DNA from: Candidatus Zixiibacteriota bacterium
Lineage (GTDB): Bacteria > Zixibacteria > MSB-5A5 > UBA10806 > 4484-95
DNA length: 51,881 nucleotides
Direction of reading: 5' to 3'
Assembly (NCBI GenBank): GCA_029932605.1
Contig: JAOZPT010000012.1
Location: 1-51,881 of the forward strand
Positions 1 through 9,183 of the stretch are shown in pieces. Position 1 is the first letter of the stretch, and every line of letters starts with the position of its first letter. The translations under genes were made by a program, and so were the position numbers. The notes beneath the pieces were generated by a model, which was not told where the DNA came from, did no database searches, and saw only the letters and a list, made by a program, of their open reading frames with translations.

Positions 1-141
1 ATGTTACCTATTTAGTTAATTATTTCAAAGGCTCAGGAGATATGCCAGAACCGGGCTGGTGCTATTTTTATGTAGAACCTTAGCCGTAAGGGGGGCTTAT
101 ATGTTATAAAATATTAAAATCTTCTTCAAGAAAAAAGATAA

Positions 142-1923
142 TCAAACAGTTACCTTCTCAGCTGGTTCATATGATTTGTATCTTTTAGCGCTTTTTTTAG
201 ATAGTTTAAAGAATTTAAGGTTATCGGTCAACAGTTCCCAGGCTGATTTTTCGGTATTTGCCCTCATCGAGATATAACATCCGGTGCATTCGTTTTTATT
301 GGAAAATTTTTCAATAAGCTCCTTGCGGCTATTATAACGTTCCTTTATAAACATGGCACAAGGCGTCAACCTGCCATCGGGATTGACAATTAAAAACCTA
401 TACCCAGTTCGGCAATTTGGGAAATGGTAGCCGTTCTCGTGAAATCTATTGTAACGGCGCATAACCTTCTCGGATGTCATCACGGAGGTGTATCCGTTTT
501 CTGAAGAATACATTTTATCGATAATGGCTGAAAGCCGTTGCGTGTCCTCGGGGTGGCGAAGGTTAAACTGGAGATTGTGGGTGCGAAGGTCAGTATAGTT
601 CGAAAAATTCAATTTTGCACCCCAGCTGGCAACTTTCTCGGCGATATCCAATAGATAAGGGTAATTGGCCCGTGTTATACAGGTGTTAACCACAACATCA
701 CCGTTACCAAGCGCCAGAAGTTCGGGTATCAGTCGGTTGAGGTGGTTAAACAGTCCCGGTACGCGGCGGAAATCGTCATGTCGCTCATCAGGAAAATCAA
801 GTGAAATTGAAAACTGTCTCATGCCGGCATTTCGTAACTCGAGGTATTTTTCTTTTGTCAGAAGAGAGGCGTTGGTAATAAGCACTAAAAATGGTGGTTT
901 ATTAGGTCTGTATAAGGCCCGTACTATCTCCGGCAAATCGTGACGTAAAAGCGGTTCACCACCCGCTATCTGGATTAAACTTGGTGAAAGCTCATCACAT
1001 ATTTTTTTATAGACTTCAGCTCCTACCGGGTTATCCTCGACTTTTGGTCCCTTGTCACAGTGGCGGCAGTTAGCGGTACAGTTATGCGTTACTTCAAGAG
1101 CAATACAGATCGGCCTTTTAAGAATTAAATTTTTTACTGTATGGGTGGCCATCCTGAAAGCGAGAAGGGTTGAAATATTTTTTGGCATTTTTTCTCCAGC
1201 TGTTAAATCCTTTTGGATTTTAAACTTTTCTCCTTTTAAAAACTTGAATAGCTTAACAAATAGTTGAGTAGACAAGCCTATTATTTTCTTGTAATACACG
1301 ATACCTAACATCACCAGGAACGAGCCAAAAATCATCCAGTTGGGTATCTGGAATGCGTAGCCGGCAAGAGCTAAGAGATAATAGCGAGGGAATCGTCCGA
1401 TAGCTACGGCGGTTGTATATTTCCAGCAGGGATATTTCGATGAGTAAACCATGAATTTGAACGGGTAAAACGGTATCGGTGAGAAACCGGCAATAACCAG
1501 CAAGGTAAAAGGAATTTTATAAAACCATTTGTGAGCTTTTCTATATATGGGATGAGACTTAAATTTGACTGAATAAGACAGGTTTAATACCGGCGTGAAA
1601 AAATTGTAATCGATATAAGCGGCTAATATAGTTCCTAACGTAGCTGCTGTTGAAAGTTGCCAGAGGTTTACAGTTTTACCATACCAGACAAGAACCGGTT
1701 CGTGAGGGAATAATGAAATAGCGCAGTTGGAAGGAATGGAGTAGAAAAAGATAATGACCAATTGGTGCACGTAGGGCTTTGCTATCATCATGTAAATACC
1801 TACGACACCAAGCAACACCATAACCGCTCCAAAAGCGTAGGTGACCGGTGTCATCACATCAAACTGTTTATCGGTGTTTTGATGATTATTAAGATTCGCT
1901 GGATTGTTAGTATTGGATTGCAT
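142..1923 (-). CDS. Fusion of a DedA/VTT-like membrane domain (N-term) and a radical SAM enzyme with a SPASM/twitch-like C-terminus
   Basis: Hydrophobic N-terminal ~220 aa with 'AGFSPIPFYPFK...GRFPRY' (VTT/DedA-like); CxxxCxxC 'CTANCRHC', 'GGEPLL', 'ITNASLL', 'SISLD'; C-terminal 'CRTG...NPDGRLTPC...CTGC'. Confidence 0.8.
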   Translation of the reverse strand: MQSNTNNPANLNNHQNTDKQFDVMTPVTYAFGAVMVLLGVVGIYMMIAKPYVHQLVIIFFYSIPSNCAISLFPHEPVLVWYGKTVNLWQLSTAATLGTILAAYIDYNFFTPVLNLSYSVKFKSHPIYRKAHKWFYKIPFTLLVIAGFSPIPFYPFKFMVYSSKYPCWKYTTAVAIGRFPRYYLLALAGYAFQIPNWMIFGSFLVMLGIVYYKKIIGLSTQLFVKLFKFLKGEKFKIQKDLTAGEKMPKNISTLLAFRMATHTVKNLILKRPICIALEVTHNCTANCRHCDKGPKVEDNPVGAEVYKKICDELSPSLIQIAGGEPLLRHDLPEIVRALYRPNKPPFLVLITNASLLTKEKYLELRNAGMRQFSISLDFPDERHDDFRRVPGLFNHLNRLIPELLALGNGDVVVNTCITRANYPYLLDIAEKVASWGAKLNFSNYTDLRTHNLQFNLRHPEDTQRLSAIIDKMYSSENGYTSVMTSEKVMRRYNRFHENGYHFPNCRTGYRFLIVNPDGRLTPCAMFIKERYNSRKELIEKFSNKNECTGCYISMRANTEKSAWELLTDNLKFFKLSKKSAKRYKSYEPAEKVTV

Positions 1924-2026
1924 TATTTATAATTGAGATCATGTTTTTTTAATGTCAAGTGTTTCATGATGTGGTTTTGATTAACGGTGATTTTTTTTGT
2001 ATCATTTAATATTTTTAGTGTAAATT

Positions 2027-3607
2027 TTAAAATTGATAAGGACCATCCTCGATATCTTCGTCGATTCCCAGGAAACCCTCCAGTTCCAGTAGTGCCTCGG
2101 GTACACAGTCGAGAATATCTCCTGCAATCGTTCCCCGACCGCCGTAAATCTCTCCAGCGATATCACCAGCCAAACCGTGAACGTAGGTTGCCAGGATAGC
2201 TGAATGCTCCGATGATAATCCTTGGGCTAGGAAGCCACCGATCAAACCGGTTAAAACATCTCCTGAACCAGCGGTGGCCATTCCCTCATTGCCTGAGGAA
2301 TTAATATATACCACACCTGAGGGGTCGGCAATGATTGAGGGAGCGCCTTTTAATATTATAGTAAGGTTGTGTTCTGATGCAAAGGAGGCGGCCAGTTTGA
2401 TGCGGTTATCGACTATTTTATCAATGTTGATTGAAGTCAATCGTGAGAATTCTCCTGGGTGTGGTGAAATTACCAAAGGTCCTTTGTGTCGCTTTAGTGT
2501 TTCTGGGGCCTTGGCAAGGTTGTTTAACCCATCGGCATCGATGACCATAGGTTTTTCGATTTGTGTAGCCAACCGTTTGACAAGTTCTACCGTTTCATGA
2601 TGAGTGCCGATTCCTGGCCCGATGGCTACCGAGTCGGCCCACTCTATTTGCTGACGAATTTCACCCATTCCTCTTAAGGCAAAACAGCCTTGCTTTTTTA
2701 CATCGGGAAGAGGTTTGGTCATCACCTCGGTTAGTTTTGTTTCAAGTATTGAGTTAAGGGTTGCTGGACAACCCAGAACCACAAGACCTGTTCCACATTT
2801 TAAAGCCGCCATTGAGGCCATTGATGCTGCCCCGGTTAGACCCGTAGAACCAGCCAGGACAAAAAGTTTACCATAATCACCCTTATGGGCATCAGGTTTA
2901 CGTAACGGTAAAAGTAAAAAAGCGTCGTCTTTGGTGATAAAATGCGTGTTAATATCGTTATCTAAACCTGCCGGGAAACCTATATCGATAACCTCAAGAG
3001 AGCCGCAGTATGATTTCCCCGGATAGAGAACTTGGCCAATTTTGGGAAGGCCGAATGTAACTGTTAGATCAGCTTTAACTGTAGGTGTTGATACTTTTCC
3101 GGTTGCGCTGTCGAGACCCGAGGGACAATCAATGGATATTATCGGTATGTCCAGGTCGTTGATTTTATCGATTATCTTGTCATAGGGAGGGTGTATGTCG
3201 CCGGTAAAACCGGTGCCGAAAATAGCATCGACAAAAAGCCAAGTATCATCCGGTATATGGAACTGTTCAGGATTTAAAACCTCTTTTATAGGGATATCAA
3301 GCTTTTCCGCTTTTTTGAGGTTGATAACCGCATCTCCTTTGGGTGTATCTTTTTTACAAAGTAAAATCACCTCGACATGGGCTCCATTCTCCTTGAGATA
3401 ACGTGCCACCACCAAACCATCACCACCATTGTTGCCTTTTCCACAGGCGATGATAATACGGTTACCCTCAACAGGGCCATAGTAATCAACAATCATCTCG
3501 AAAGCGCCTTTTCCAGCGTTTTCCATCAATTCAAGTCCGGGTATGCCCATTCCCTTGATGGCTTTCCGGTCGATCTCCCGCATCTGTTTTGGTGTGCAAA
3601 TCTTCAT
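2027..3607 (-). CDS. nnr: Bifunctional NAD(P)H-hydrate epimerase/dehydratase (YjeF)
   Basis: 'LMENAG', 'CGKGNNGGDG', 'VDAIFGTG', 'HKGDYG', 'VIDADG', 'SPHPGEF', 'MATAGSGDVLTG'. Confidence 0.96.
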   Translation of the reverse strand: MKICTPKQMREIDRKAIKGMGIPGLELMENAGKGAFEMIVDYYGPVEGNRIIIACGKGNNGGDGLVVARYLKENGAHVEVILLCKKDTPKGDAVINLKKAEKLDIPIKEVLNPEQFHIPDDTWLFVDAIFGTGFTGDIHPPYDKIIDKINDLDIPIISIDCPSGLDSATGKVSTPTVKADLTVTFGLPKIGQVLYPGKSYCGSLEVIDIGFPAGLDNDINTHFITKDDAFLLLPLRKPDAHKGDYGKLFVLAGSTGLTGAASMASMAALKCGTGLVVLGCPATLNSILETKLTEVMTKPLPDVKKQGCFALRGMGEIRQQIEWADSVAIGPGIGTHHETVELVKRLATQIEKPMVIDADGLNNLAKAPETLKRHKGPLVISPHPGEFSRLTSINIDKIVDNRIKLAASFASEHNLTIILKGAPSIIADPSGVVYINSSGNEGMATAGSGDVLTGLIGGFLAQGLSSEHSAILATYVHGLAGDIAGEIYGGRGTIAGDILDCVPEALLELEGFLGIDEDIEDGPYQF

Positions 3608-3619
3608 ATATCTTTTTGA

Positions 3620-3648
3620 ATATTATATCAGTTTGAGCCTTAAGTCAA
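3620..3648 (-). promoter_or_regulatory. sigma70-like promoter of nnr
   Basis: Minus strand TTGACT (3648-3643) and extended -10 TGA-TATAAT (3630-3622). Confidence 0.5.
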
Positions 3649-3869
3649 CATTTATGAAACAATGATTTGTATTTCTGGTTAAACGTTATCACGGTGTGAG
3701 TGTAACCCCAGCGTTCAGTACAGGTCGGATGCCGTAAAATTAACAGTCAATCGACAGGAGTTTAATATATTTGACTTGAGATATTTCGTTAATATATTGA
3801 TTCTGCTTATATGGAAGTTGTATTTGCATTTGGGGTGATTGAATAGAAATTTTAAAAGGATATGGAAAA

Positions 3870-5489
3870 TTGAAACTTAAAAATAACTGGCCTGTTATTA
3901 TTGCCACATTAGTTTTATGGCTGGTAGTAGTGATATTGCTGTTAGTATCCTTAAAACAGAATCAAGGCCATCTGGTTTATGCGCTTGATGACTCATATAT
4001 CCATATGGCCATGGCCAAGAATGTCGCTCAGAATGGCACGTGGGGAGTAACCAGGCATAGTTTTTCCTCGTCATCGTCTTCGTTGCTCTGGACGTTGTTG
4101 TTGTCTTTGGATTACTTATTATGTGGTGTTAACGAAACAGCGCCGATGGTAATAAATCTTATCTTGGCTACTGTTCTGATTTGGCTAATATATGGTATCT
4201 TGCAGAAATATAAAATAATACCATCTTTAAAAATCGTTATACTCATATCGATAATATTTTTCACACCTCTGTATTCCCTCATATTTTGCGGTCAGGAACA
4301 TATTCTGCATACGATTTTAACTGTTATATTTGTTTACCTTGCCGGAAAAGTACTTGGTGATACGTCTGAGGATTTCAGGCGGGGGAGTAAATACCGTGCC
4401 ATATGGTTATTGTTGATTTCTCCGCTTGTAATAATGGCTCGTTATGAGGGAATTTTTTTAATTATTATTGTCTGCCTTTTATTTTTTTTGCGGAAAAAGT
4501 ATTTATATTCTTTGCTTTTAGGCGGGCTTGGAGCGCTTCCGGTTGTTATATATGGATTGATTTCCATATCCAGAGGATGGTATTTTATACCAAATTCGAT
4601 TCTTCTAAAAGGAAATATACCTGACTTTTCATCGTTAAAAACGGCTTTCTTCTTTATTACAATCCTAGGTTACCAGTTGGTTCACAATCCTCAAATATTG
4701 ATACTTTTACTTATTGCTCTGGTAGTATTGTACTTTCAATGTGTGAAGAAAAATACCATATGGGAAGAACGTTCAGTTATGCTGATTGTTTTTATAGCTA
4801 CCGCTCTTTTACATCTGCAATTTGCAGGAACCAACTGGTTTTACAGATATGAGGCATATCTTATAGGTCTGGGTGTGTTCGTTGTGTCGGTATCGTTTAA
4901 TAGTTATCTGCGTGATATATTTCATTGCAAATCAGATAATAAGTCTTTTATTCGATATGTAACGCTGGCGCTTATAGTTATTATCACTATTTTGCCTCTT
5001 GTAGAAAGAGGACTTGTCTCATTGATGAAGACGCCCCGGGCTATGACCAACATTTATGAACAACAATACCAGATGGGGTTGTTCTTAAAAGAGTTCTATC
5101 AGAATGACGTGGTTGCGGCAAATGATATCGGTGCCATTAACTATCTTGCGGATATCAAATGTTTGGATTTATGGGGTTTAGGTAATAGGCGGATCGGAAA
5201 AACAAGAATTGAGGGATGTTATAATACACGGCAAATTTACGAAACGACAAAATCAGAGAGGGCAAAAATTGCTGTTGTCTATGATGAGCTATTTAATAGA
5301 GGAACGGTAGGAGGGCTACCTAAACAATGGATAAAAGCTGGCCAGTGGAGGATTTTTAACAATGAGGTTTGTGCCTATGATGTCGTTTCGTTCTATGCGT
5401 TTAATCTAAAAGAGGCGGAGAAATTAAAGACAAATCTTAAAGCCTTCTCAAGCCGATTACCGAAAACAGTCAAGCAGGAAATTTTTTAA
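3870..5489 (+). CDS. Polytopic GT-C-type glycosyltransferase (arabinofuranosyl/mannosyltransferase-like)
   Basis: TTG start; 'LDDSYIH' acidic motif after TM1, 'SSSLLWTLLL', 'ARYEG', many TM helices, C-terminal soluble domain 'DIGAINY...LDLWGL'. Confidence 0.75.
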   Translation: MKLKNNWPVIIATLVLWLVVVILLLVSLKQNQGHLVYALDDSYIHMAMAKNVAQNGTWGVTRHSFSSSSSSLLWTLLLSLDYLLCGVNETAPMVINLILATVLIWLIYGILQKYKIIPSLKIVILISIIFFTPLYSLIFCGQEHILHTILTVIFVYLAGKVLGDTSEDFRRGSKYRAIWLLLISPLVIMARYEGIFLIIIVCLLFFLRKKYLYSLLLGGLGALPVVIYGLISISRGWYFIPNSILLKGNIPDFSSLKTAFFFITILGYQLVHNPQILILLLIALVVLYFQCVKKNTIWEERSVMLIVFIATALLHLQFAGTNWFYRYEAYLIGLGVFVVSVSFNSYLRDIFHCKSDNKSFIRYVTLALIVIITILPLVERGLVSLMKTPRAMTNIYEQQYQMGLFLKEFYQNDVVAANDIGAINYLADIKCLDLWGLGNRRIGKTRIEGCYNTRQIYETTKSERAKIAVVYDELFNRGTVGGLPKQWIKAGQWRIFNNEVCAYDVVSFYAFNLKEAEKLKTNLKAFSSRLPKTVKQEIF

Positions 5490-5492
5490 TCA

Positions 5493-5518
5493 GTAGATCA
5501 AGAGCCTTGTGCTCTTGA
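5493..5518. terminator. Hairpin between convergent genes (GTAG-preceded, REP-like)
   Basis: GTAG-A-TCAAGAGC-cttgt-GCTCTTGA. Confidence 0.5.
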
Positions 5519-5553
5519 CTATTATTATTGTTAAAACCGCAAGGATTTTTAAC

Positions 5554-6348
5554 CTACAACCTATCCACCGCCTCCGCCAGCTTCTCGATTGCTGTCATAT
5601 AATTATCAAATAACATCTCAAGTGTGGCGGTTGACTCCTCGACCTCTCCCCGTTTCAATCGCCAGGCTTCATCGATGGCTTTGGTGTCGATGCCGTATTC
5701 GTCATGTACTAGCTTTAGAAGCTCACTCCCGCTATCTGGCGGCGTTTTCCCTGAGATTCGAGCCATCCCCCGACAGGCGGTTAAAATCGAAGACACTGAG
5801 GCGGAGATAAGCTCGGTCAGGTTGTCTTTATTTTCGCCGGCCACAAGATACCCACACCTGAGTTGAATCAACTTGCCCTTGAACTCTACCTCGCATTGAT
5901 GGCGCAGGTTTTTAGTTTCGATTTGAGCCTCTGCAAGTGGGTCAGCGCCATAAAGAACGATATGGTTTTGTTTCATATCGGAAAACTCAAGCGGAAATGT
6001 ATCAAGAGATGTGGGAATATGTCCACGCTTGAACACCAGTGGTATTGCCAGACCGCTCTTTTTAAACTTGCGACCAATATTTAGAATCATATTTAGCTCA
6101 TTTGTACCGACCTGCTCGAGGATAATGGTTATATTGATATCCGATTTCCCCTCTTTGAAATCATCTGAAGATGCCTGGCTTGCCAGGTCTGCCTGATGCA
6201 TCACACGAGCCGCTGAACCAAACAATATCACTGAATACAAGTTTTCACCGAATTCATTTACTAAAGCTTTGGTGAATCTATTAACAAGAATACGGATCTT
6301 TTCAGGAAGATGGGATAATTTCTCTTCATCATCAGTTTTTGATTGCAT
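5554..6348 (-). CDS. Nucleotidyltransferase-domain (pol-beta-like) protein
   Basis: 'SVILFGSAAR...SDINI' NTase motif; 'DTFPLEFSDM...VLYGAD', 'LRHQCE'. Confidence 0.75.
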   Translation of the reverse strand: MQSKTDDEEKLSHLPEKIRILVNRFTKALVNEFGENLYSVILFGSAARVMHQADLASQASSDDFKEGKSDINITIILEQVGTNELNMILNIGRKFKKSGLAIPLVFKRGHIPTSLDTFPLEFSDMKQNHIVLYGADPLAEAQIETKNLRHQCEVEFKGKLIQLRCGYLVAGENKDNLTELISASVSSILTACRGMARISGKTPPDSGSELLKLVHDEYGIDTKAIDEAWRLKRGEVEESTATLEMLFDNYMTAIEKLAEAVDRL

Positions 6349-6350
6349 AA

Positions 6351-7115
6351 TTATTTCCCCTTTTCTTTATGAAGGTCTTTTAGTTCTTTTGTCTTAGCCA
6401 CTATTTGAGGCAATATCTCCCCTGATTTACCATAGTATTTAATGTCACAGATATATGATATCTCGCTTGGCTCGAGATTAATTTCTACCACCAGTGCGCC
6501 GTTTTGTTTGGCGATTACAGGCAATGAGGCGGCAGGTTGAACCGCTCCGGATGTGCCAATGGTGAAGAAAAGTTCAGCATGAGTGGCTGATGCCATTGAT
6601 TTATCCAAAACCTCTTTGGGAAGAATCTCGCCGAACCAGACAACATCAGGTCTTAGACGGCCCCCGCAATCACAAATCGGGGGCAGTTGATCGAATTCTT
6701 CAGTATAGTCGAACTTTCCGCAGTCAAGGCATCGGTTACGGTGGATATTGCCATGGAGCTCATATACTGTAGGCGAGCCAGCCAGACGATGAAGACCATC
6801 GACATTCTGGGTTATAAGTGTGAAATCATCGAAAATCTTGGACATCTCGACTAAAGCATAATGACCAGGATTGGGTTTGATATTTCGGATTATCTCTCTC
6901 CTGTAGTTATACCATTCCCAGACGAGCTTGGGGTTGGCGTTAAAAGCCTCGAATGTTGCTAGCTCCATGGGATTATATTTTTTCCAGATACCATCAGCGC
7001 CCCTGAAAGTGGGCACTCCTGATTCTGCCGAAACACCAGCTCCAGTAAGAACCGCTACTCTTTTTGTGTTCTTTAAAGCCTTGATGAATTTTTCATTGAA
7101 GGTTATCGTTTTCAT
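6351..7115 (-). CDS. cobB: NAD-dependent protein deacylase (sirtuin, class III)
   Basis: 'TGAGVSAESGVPTFRG', 'ITQNVDGLH', 'ELHG', CxxC...CxC zinc motif, 'RPDVVWFGE', 'GTSG'. Confidence 0.96.
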   Translation of the reverse strand: MKTITFNEKFIKALKNTKRVAVLTGAGVSAESGVPTFRGADGIWKKYNPMELATFEAFNANPKLVWEWYNYRREIIRNIKPNPGHYALVEMSKIFDDFTLITQNVDGLHRLAGSPTVYELHGNIHRNRCLDCGKFDYTEEFDQLPPICDCGGRLRPDVVWFGEILPKEVLDKSMASATHAELFFTIGTSGAVQPAASLPVIAKQNGALVVEINLEPSEISYICDIKYYGKSGEILPQIVAKTKELKDLHKEKGK

Positions 7116-7121
7116 ATCATA

Positions 7122-7150
7122 ATAATAAGCTACACGGGAGTGATAGTCAA
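7122..7150 (-). promoter_or_regulatory. sigma70 promoter of cobB (predicts a leaderless mRNA)
   Basis: Minus strand TTGACT(7150-7145)-N17-TATTAT(7127-7122); ATG at 7115. Confidence 0.6.
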
Positions 7151-7254
7151 GTACGTGGAGGAAGGTTTATTTATTGATAAATCAGTTAGTAGAGTCCGAC
7201 CGATAGTCAGGATTAACCACCTTTCAATAAGGGTTAAGTTTTCAAGAAATATTC

Positions 7255-7285
7255 TTGACAAGGGGTTATAAACCGCTATTATAAT
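7255..7285 (+). promoter_or_regulatory. sigma70 promoter of tRNA-Asn
   Basis: TTGACA 7255-7260; overlapping TATTAT (7277-7282) and TATAAT (7280-7285). Confidence 0.65.
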
Positions 7286-7304
7286 TTACCGATGGATTAA
7301 ATAT

Positions 7305-7377
7305 TCCCCGGTAGCTCAGTTGGTAGAGCAGGTGGCTGTTAACCACCCTGTCGCTGGTTCGAGTCCGGCCCGGGGAG
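7305..7377 (+). tRNA. tRNA-Asn (GTT), CCA not encoded
   Basis: Acceptor stem TCCCCGG/CCGGGGA, D arm TAGCTCAGTTGGTAGAGC, anticodon arm GGTGG-CTGTTAA-CCACC, T loop GGTTCGAGTCC. Confidence 0.97.
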
Positions 7378-7495
7378 TATTTTATTTGCATCTAAAACGG
7401 TGTAGAATTATAATTCAAATGAATGTAGTATTAAAGGATATCGGTTTGGTAATGTGTCAATGTTGTTTTGATATGTATGGAACCGGAAGGGATTT

Positions 7496-8461
7496 ATGAA
7501 AATATTTATCACAGGGGCTACAGGTTTTATTGGAAAACACCTGATCAAGCGGTTGTCACAAACTGAGCATAAGCTATATTGTCTGGTTAGAAAAAGCAGT
7601 AAGGTTAGTGCGATTGAAGAATCAGGAGCTACGCTCATCATCGGTAACGTGACTGATAAAAACTCTTTGCGTGAAGGTATGAAAGGTTGCGATTGGGTGA
7701 TTAACTTGGCCAATATATATTCTTTCTGGGAACCTAACAGGCAAATTTTTGAAGAAGTCAATGTCGGGGGTACGCGGAATGTCATGGAATGTGCGTTGGA
7801 GACAGGTATTTCCAAGGTTGTTCATGTAAGCACAGCGGGAATCTATGGCAAACCAAAAGACTGCCCTTTCAACGAGGAAAGTCAGGTTGGGCCTGTTCGC
7901 TTCTGTGAATATTTTAAAACAAAATACGAAGGGGATCTGATCGCCTGGGAGTTATATGAGAAAAAGGGACTTCCCCTGGTCATGATATATCCCAGCGCCG
8001 TTCTGGGGTCTGGAGATACGAAAGCCACCGGCCGGTATATCAAGAATCTTATTAACCGCAGTTTACCAGCAACAATATTTCACGATTCCGTCCTGACCTG
8101 GGTGCATGTGAGGGACGTAGCTGAGGCTATTGTTAAAGCGGTAGAGAAGGAAAACAACCTCGGTGAGAAATACCTTATAGGCAAACAACAATTGTCGTTT
8201 AGAGAAATCAACGAAATGATTAGAGAAGTCTCGGGAGTATCTTTACCCAAAATACACCTTCCCGAATTTATGGTTTTCATAAACGCCAGGATTTTAACAT
8301 GGTTGGCTGACATAATAAAGAAACCACCATTATGGGAAATGTCCATGGATCAAATGAAAGTGATGAAGGAGGGTTTCTGTGTTGACGGAAGCAAGGTGGA
8401 AAGGGAATTAGGCATAACCTACACCCCGATTCGTATTGCTCTCGAGGAAGCAATCGCTTAG
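7496..8461 (+). CDS. NAD-dependent epimerase/dehydratase (extended SDR, dihydroflavonol-reductase/HpnA-like)
   Basis: 'ITGATGFIG', 'VNVGGT', 'HVST', YxxxK 'YFKTK', 'VHVRDVAEA'. Confidence 0.9.
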   Translation: MKIFITGATGFIGKHLIKRLSQTEHKLYCLVRKSSKVSAIEESGATLIIGNVTDKNSLREGMKGCDWVINLANIYSFWEPNRQIFEEVNVGGTRNVMECALETGISKVVHVSTAGIYGKPKDCPFNEESQVGPVRFCEYFKTKYEGDLIAWELYEKKGLPLVMIYPSAVLGSGDTKATGRYIKNLINRSLPATIFHDSVLTWVHVRDVAEAIVKAVEKENNLGEKYLIGKQQLSFREINEMIREVSGVSLPKIHLPEFMVFINARILTWLADIIKKPPLWEMSMDQMKVMKEGFCVDGSKVERELGITYTPIRIALEEAIA

Positions 8462-8490
8462 TATAGAGAATCCTGATTAATTGTTATTGG

Positions 8491-8754
8491 TTAAGATACT
8501 TTCTCCGGCACTTTTTCTTTGGGGGCTGGAGATTGATCGATTTGAATGGTCTGACTTTTATGTTCAGTGTTTTGGGTTTTAAGCTTTTCCATGTTTTTTA
8601 GATTTACCAAGGTTCTGTTTTTGGCGTAAATCCATATTGATAGAGCCATTACTGAAAAGGATATAAGAAGACGGAATATATCACCATAATTGAAAACAGC
8701 ATCCAGCAGTGCGAATGTTCCAATAACAAACAGAGTAATACACCATATCAGCAT
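8491..8754 (-). CDS. Small two-TM membrane protein (~87 aa), unknown function
   Basis: AAGGAGG SD before ATG at 8754 (shorter than the ORF-track call); two hydrophobic segments and a charged tail. Confidence 0.6.
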   Translation of the reverse strand: MLIWCITLFVIGTFALLDAVFNYGDIFRLLISFSVMALSIWIYAKNRTLVNLKNMEKLKTQNTEHKSQTIQIDQSPAPKEKVPEKVS

Positions 8755-8788
8755 TTTCCCTCCTTGGCCAATCTGGCCTTTTAACAAA

Positions 8789-8815
8789 GTATCGGAGAGC
8801 AAAATCAAAAATTTA
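8789..8815 (-). promoter_or_regulatory. sigma28 (FliA)-like promoter
   Basis: Minus strand TAAA-N15-TCCGATAC. Confidence 0.55.
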
Positions 8816-8902
8816 TACCATGGTTTATTTTAGTAGTTGATGTTGAACTGATAATCCGTAACGTGGTGCAAAATTAAACAAGCTGGGATAAAATGAAAAA
8901 GC

Positions 8903-8929
8903 TAAGGCTTAATCTGACTCTACCGATAA
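8903..8929 (+). promoter_or_regulatory. sigma28 (FliA)-like promoter
   Basis: TAAG-N15-ACCGATAA; a second GCCGATAA lies at 9081-9088. Confidence 0.5.
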
Positions 8930-9183
8930 AATTTGTTAAAGGGATTGTAAAAGAAGAAAGTTATATTACCGTATCTTATCCATCCTTTTCATGTTGAATC
9001 ATAATATTTGTCTTTTTCTAACAGTTAGAAAACCGTTCTTAAACAGGTCATAAGTATTTCTAATAATGTGCACATTTAATGCCGATAAAATTTAACATAA
9101 CAATATAGGTGTTTATTGATAAACTTTTTTAAGAATATAAGTGAAATCTTTTAATGATCGTTAAATGAGGAGAATAAAACCAA

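Noticed and set aside
6351..7115. SIR2-type anti-phage defence (Thoeris/DSR/CBASS-like with the NTase)
   Set aside because: It is a canonical zinc-binding CobB, and the NTase does not show CD-NTase features.
7305..7500. tRNA-Asn as an integration site for a genomic island
   Set aside because: I saw no duplicated tRNA 3' end and no integrase in the window.
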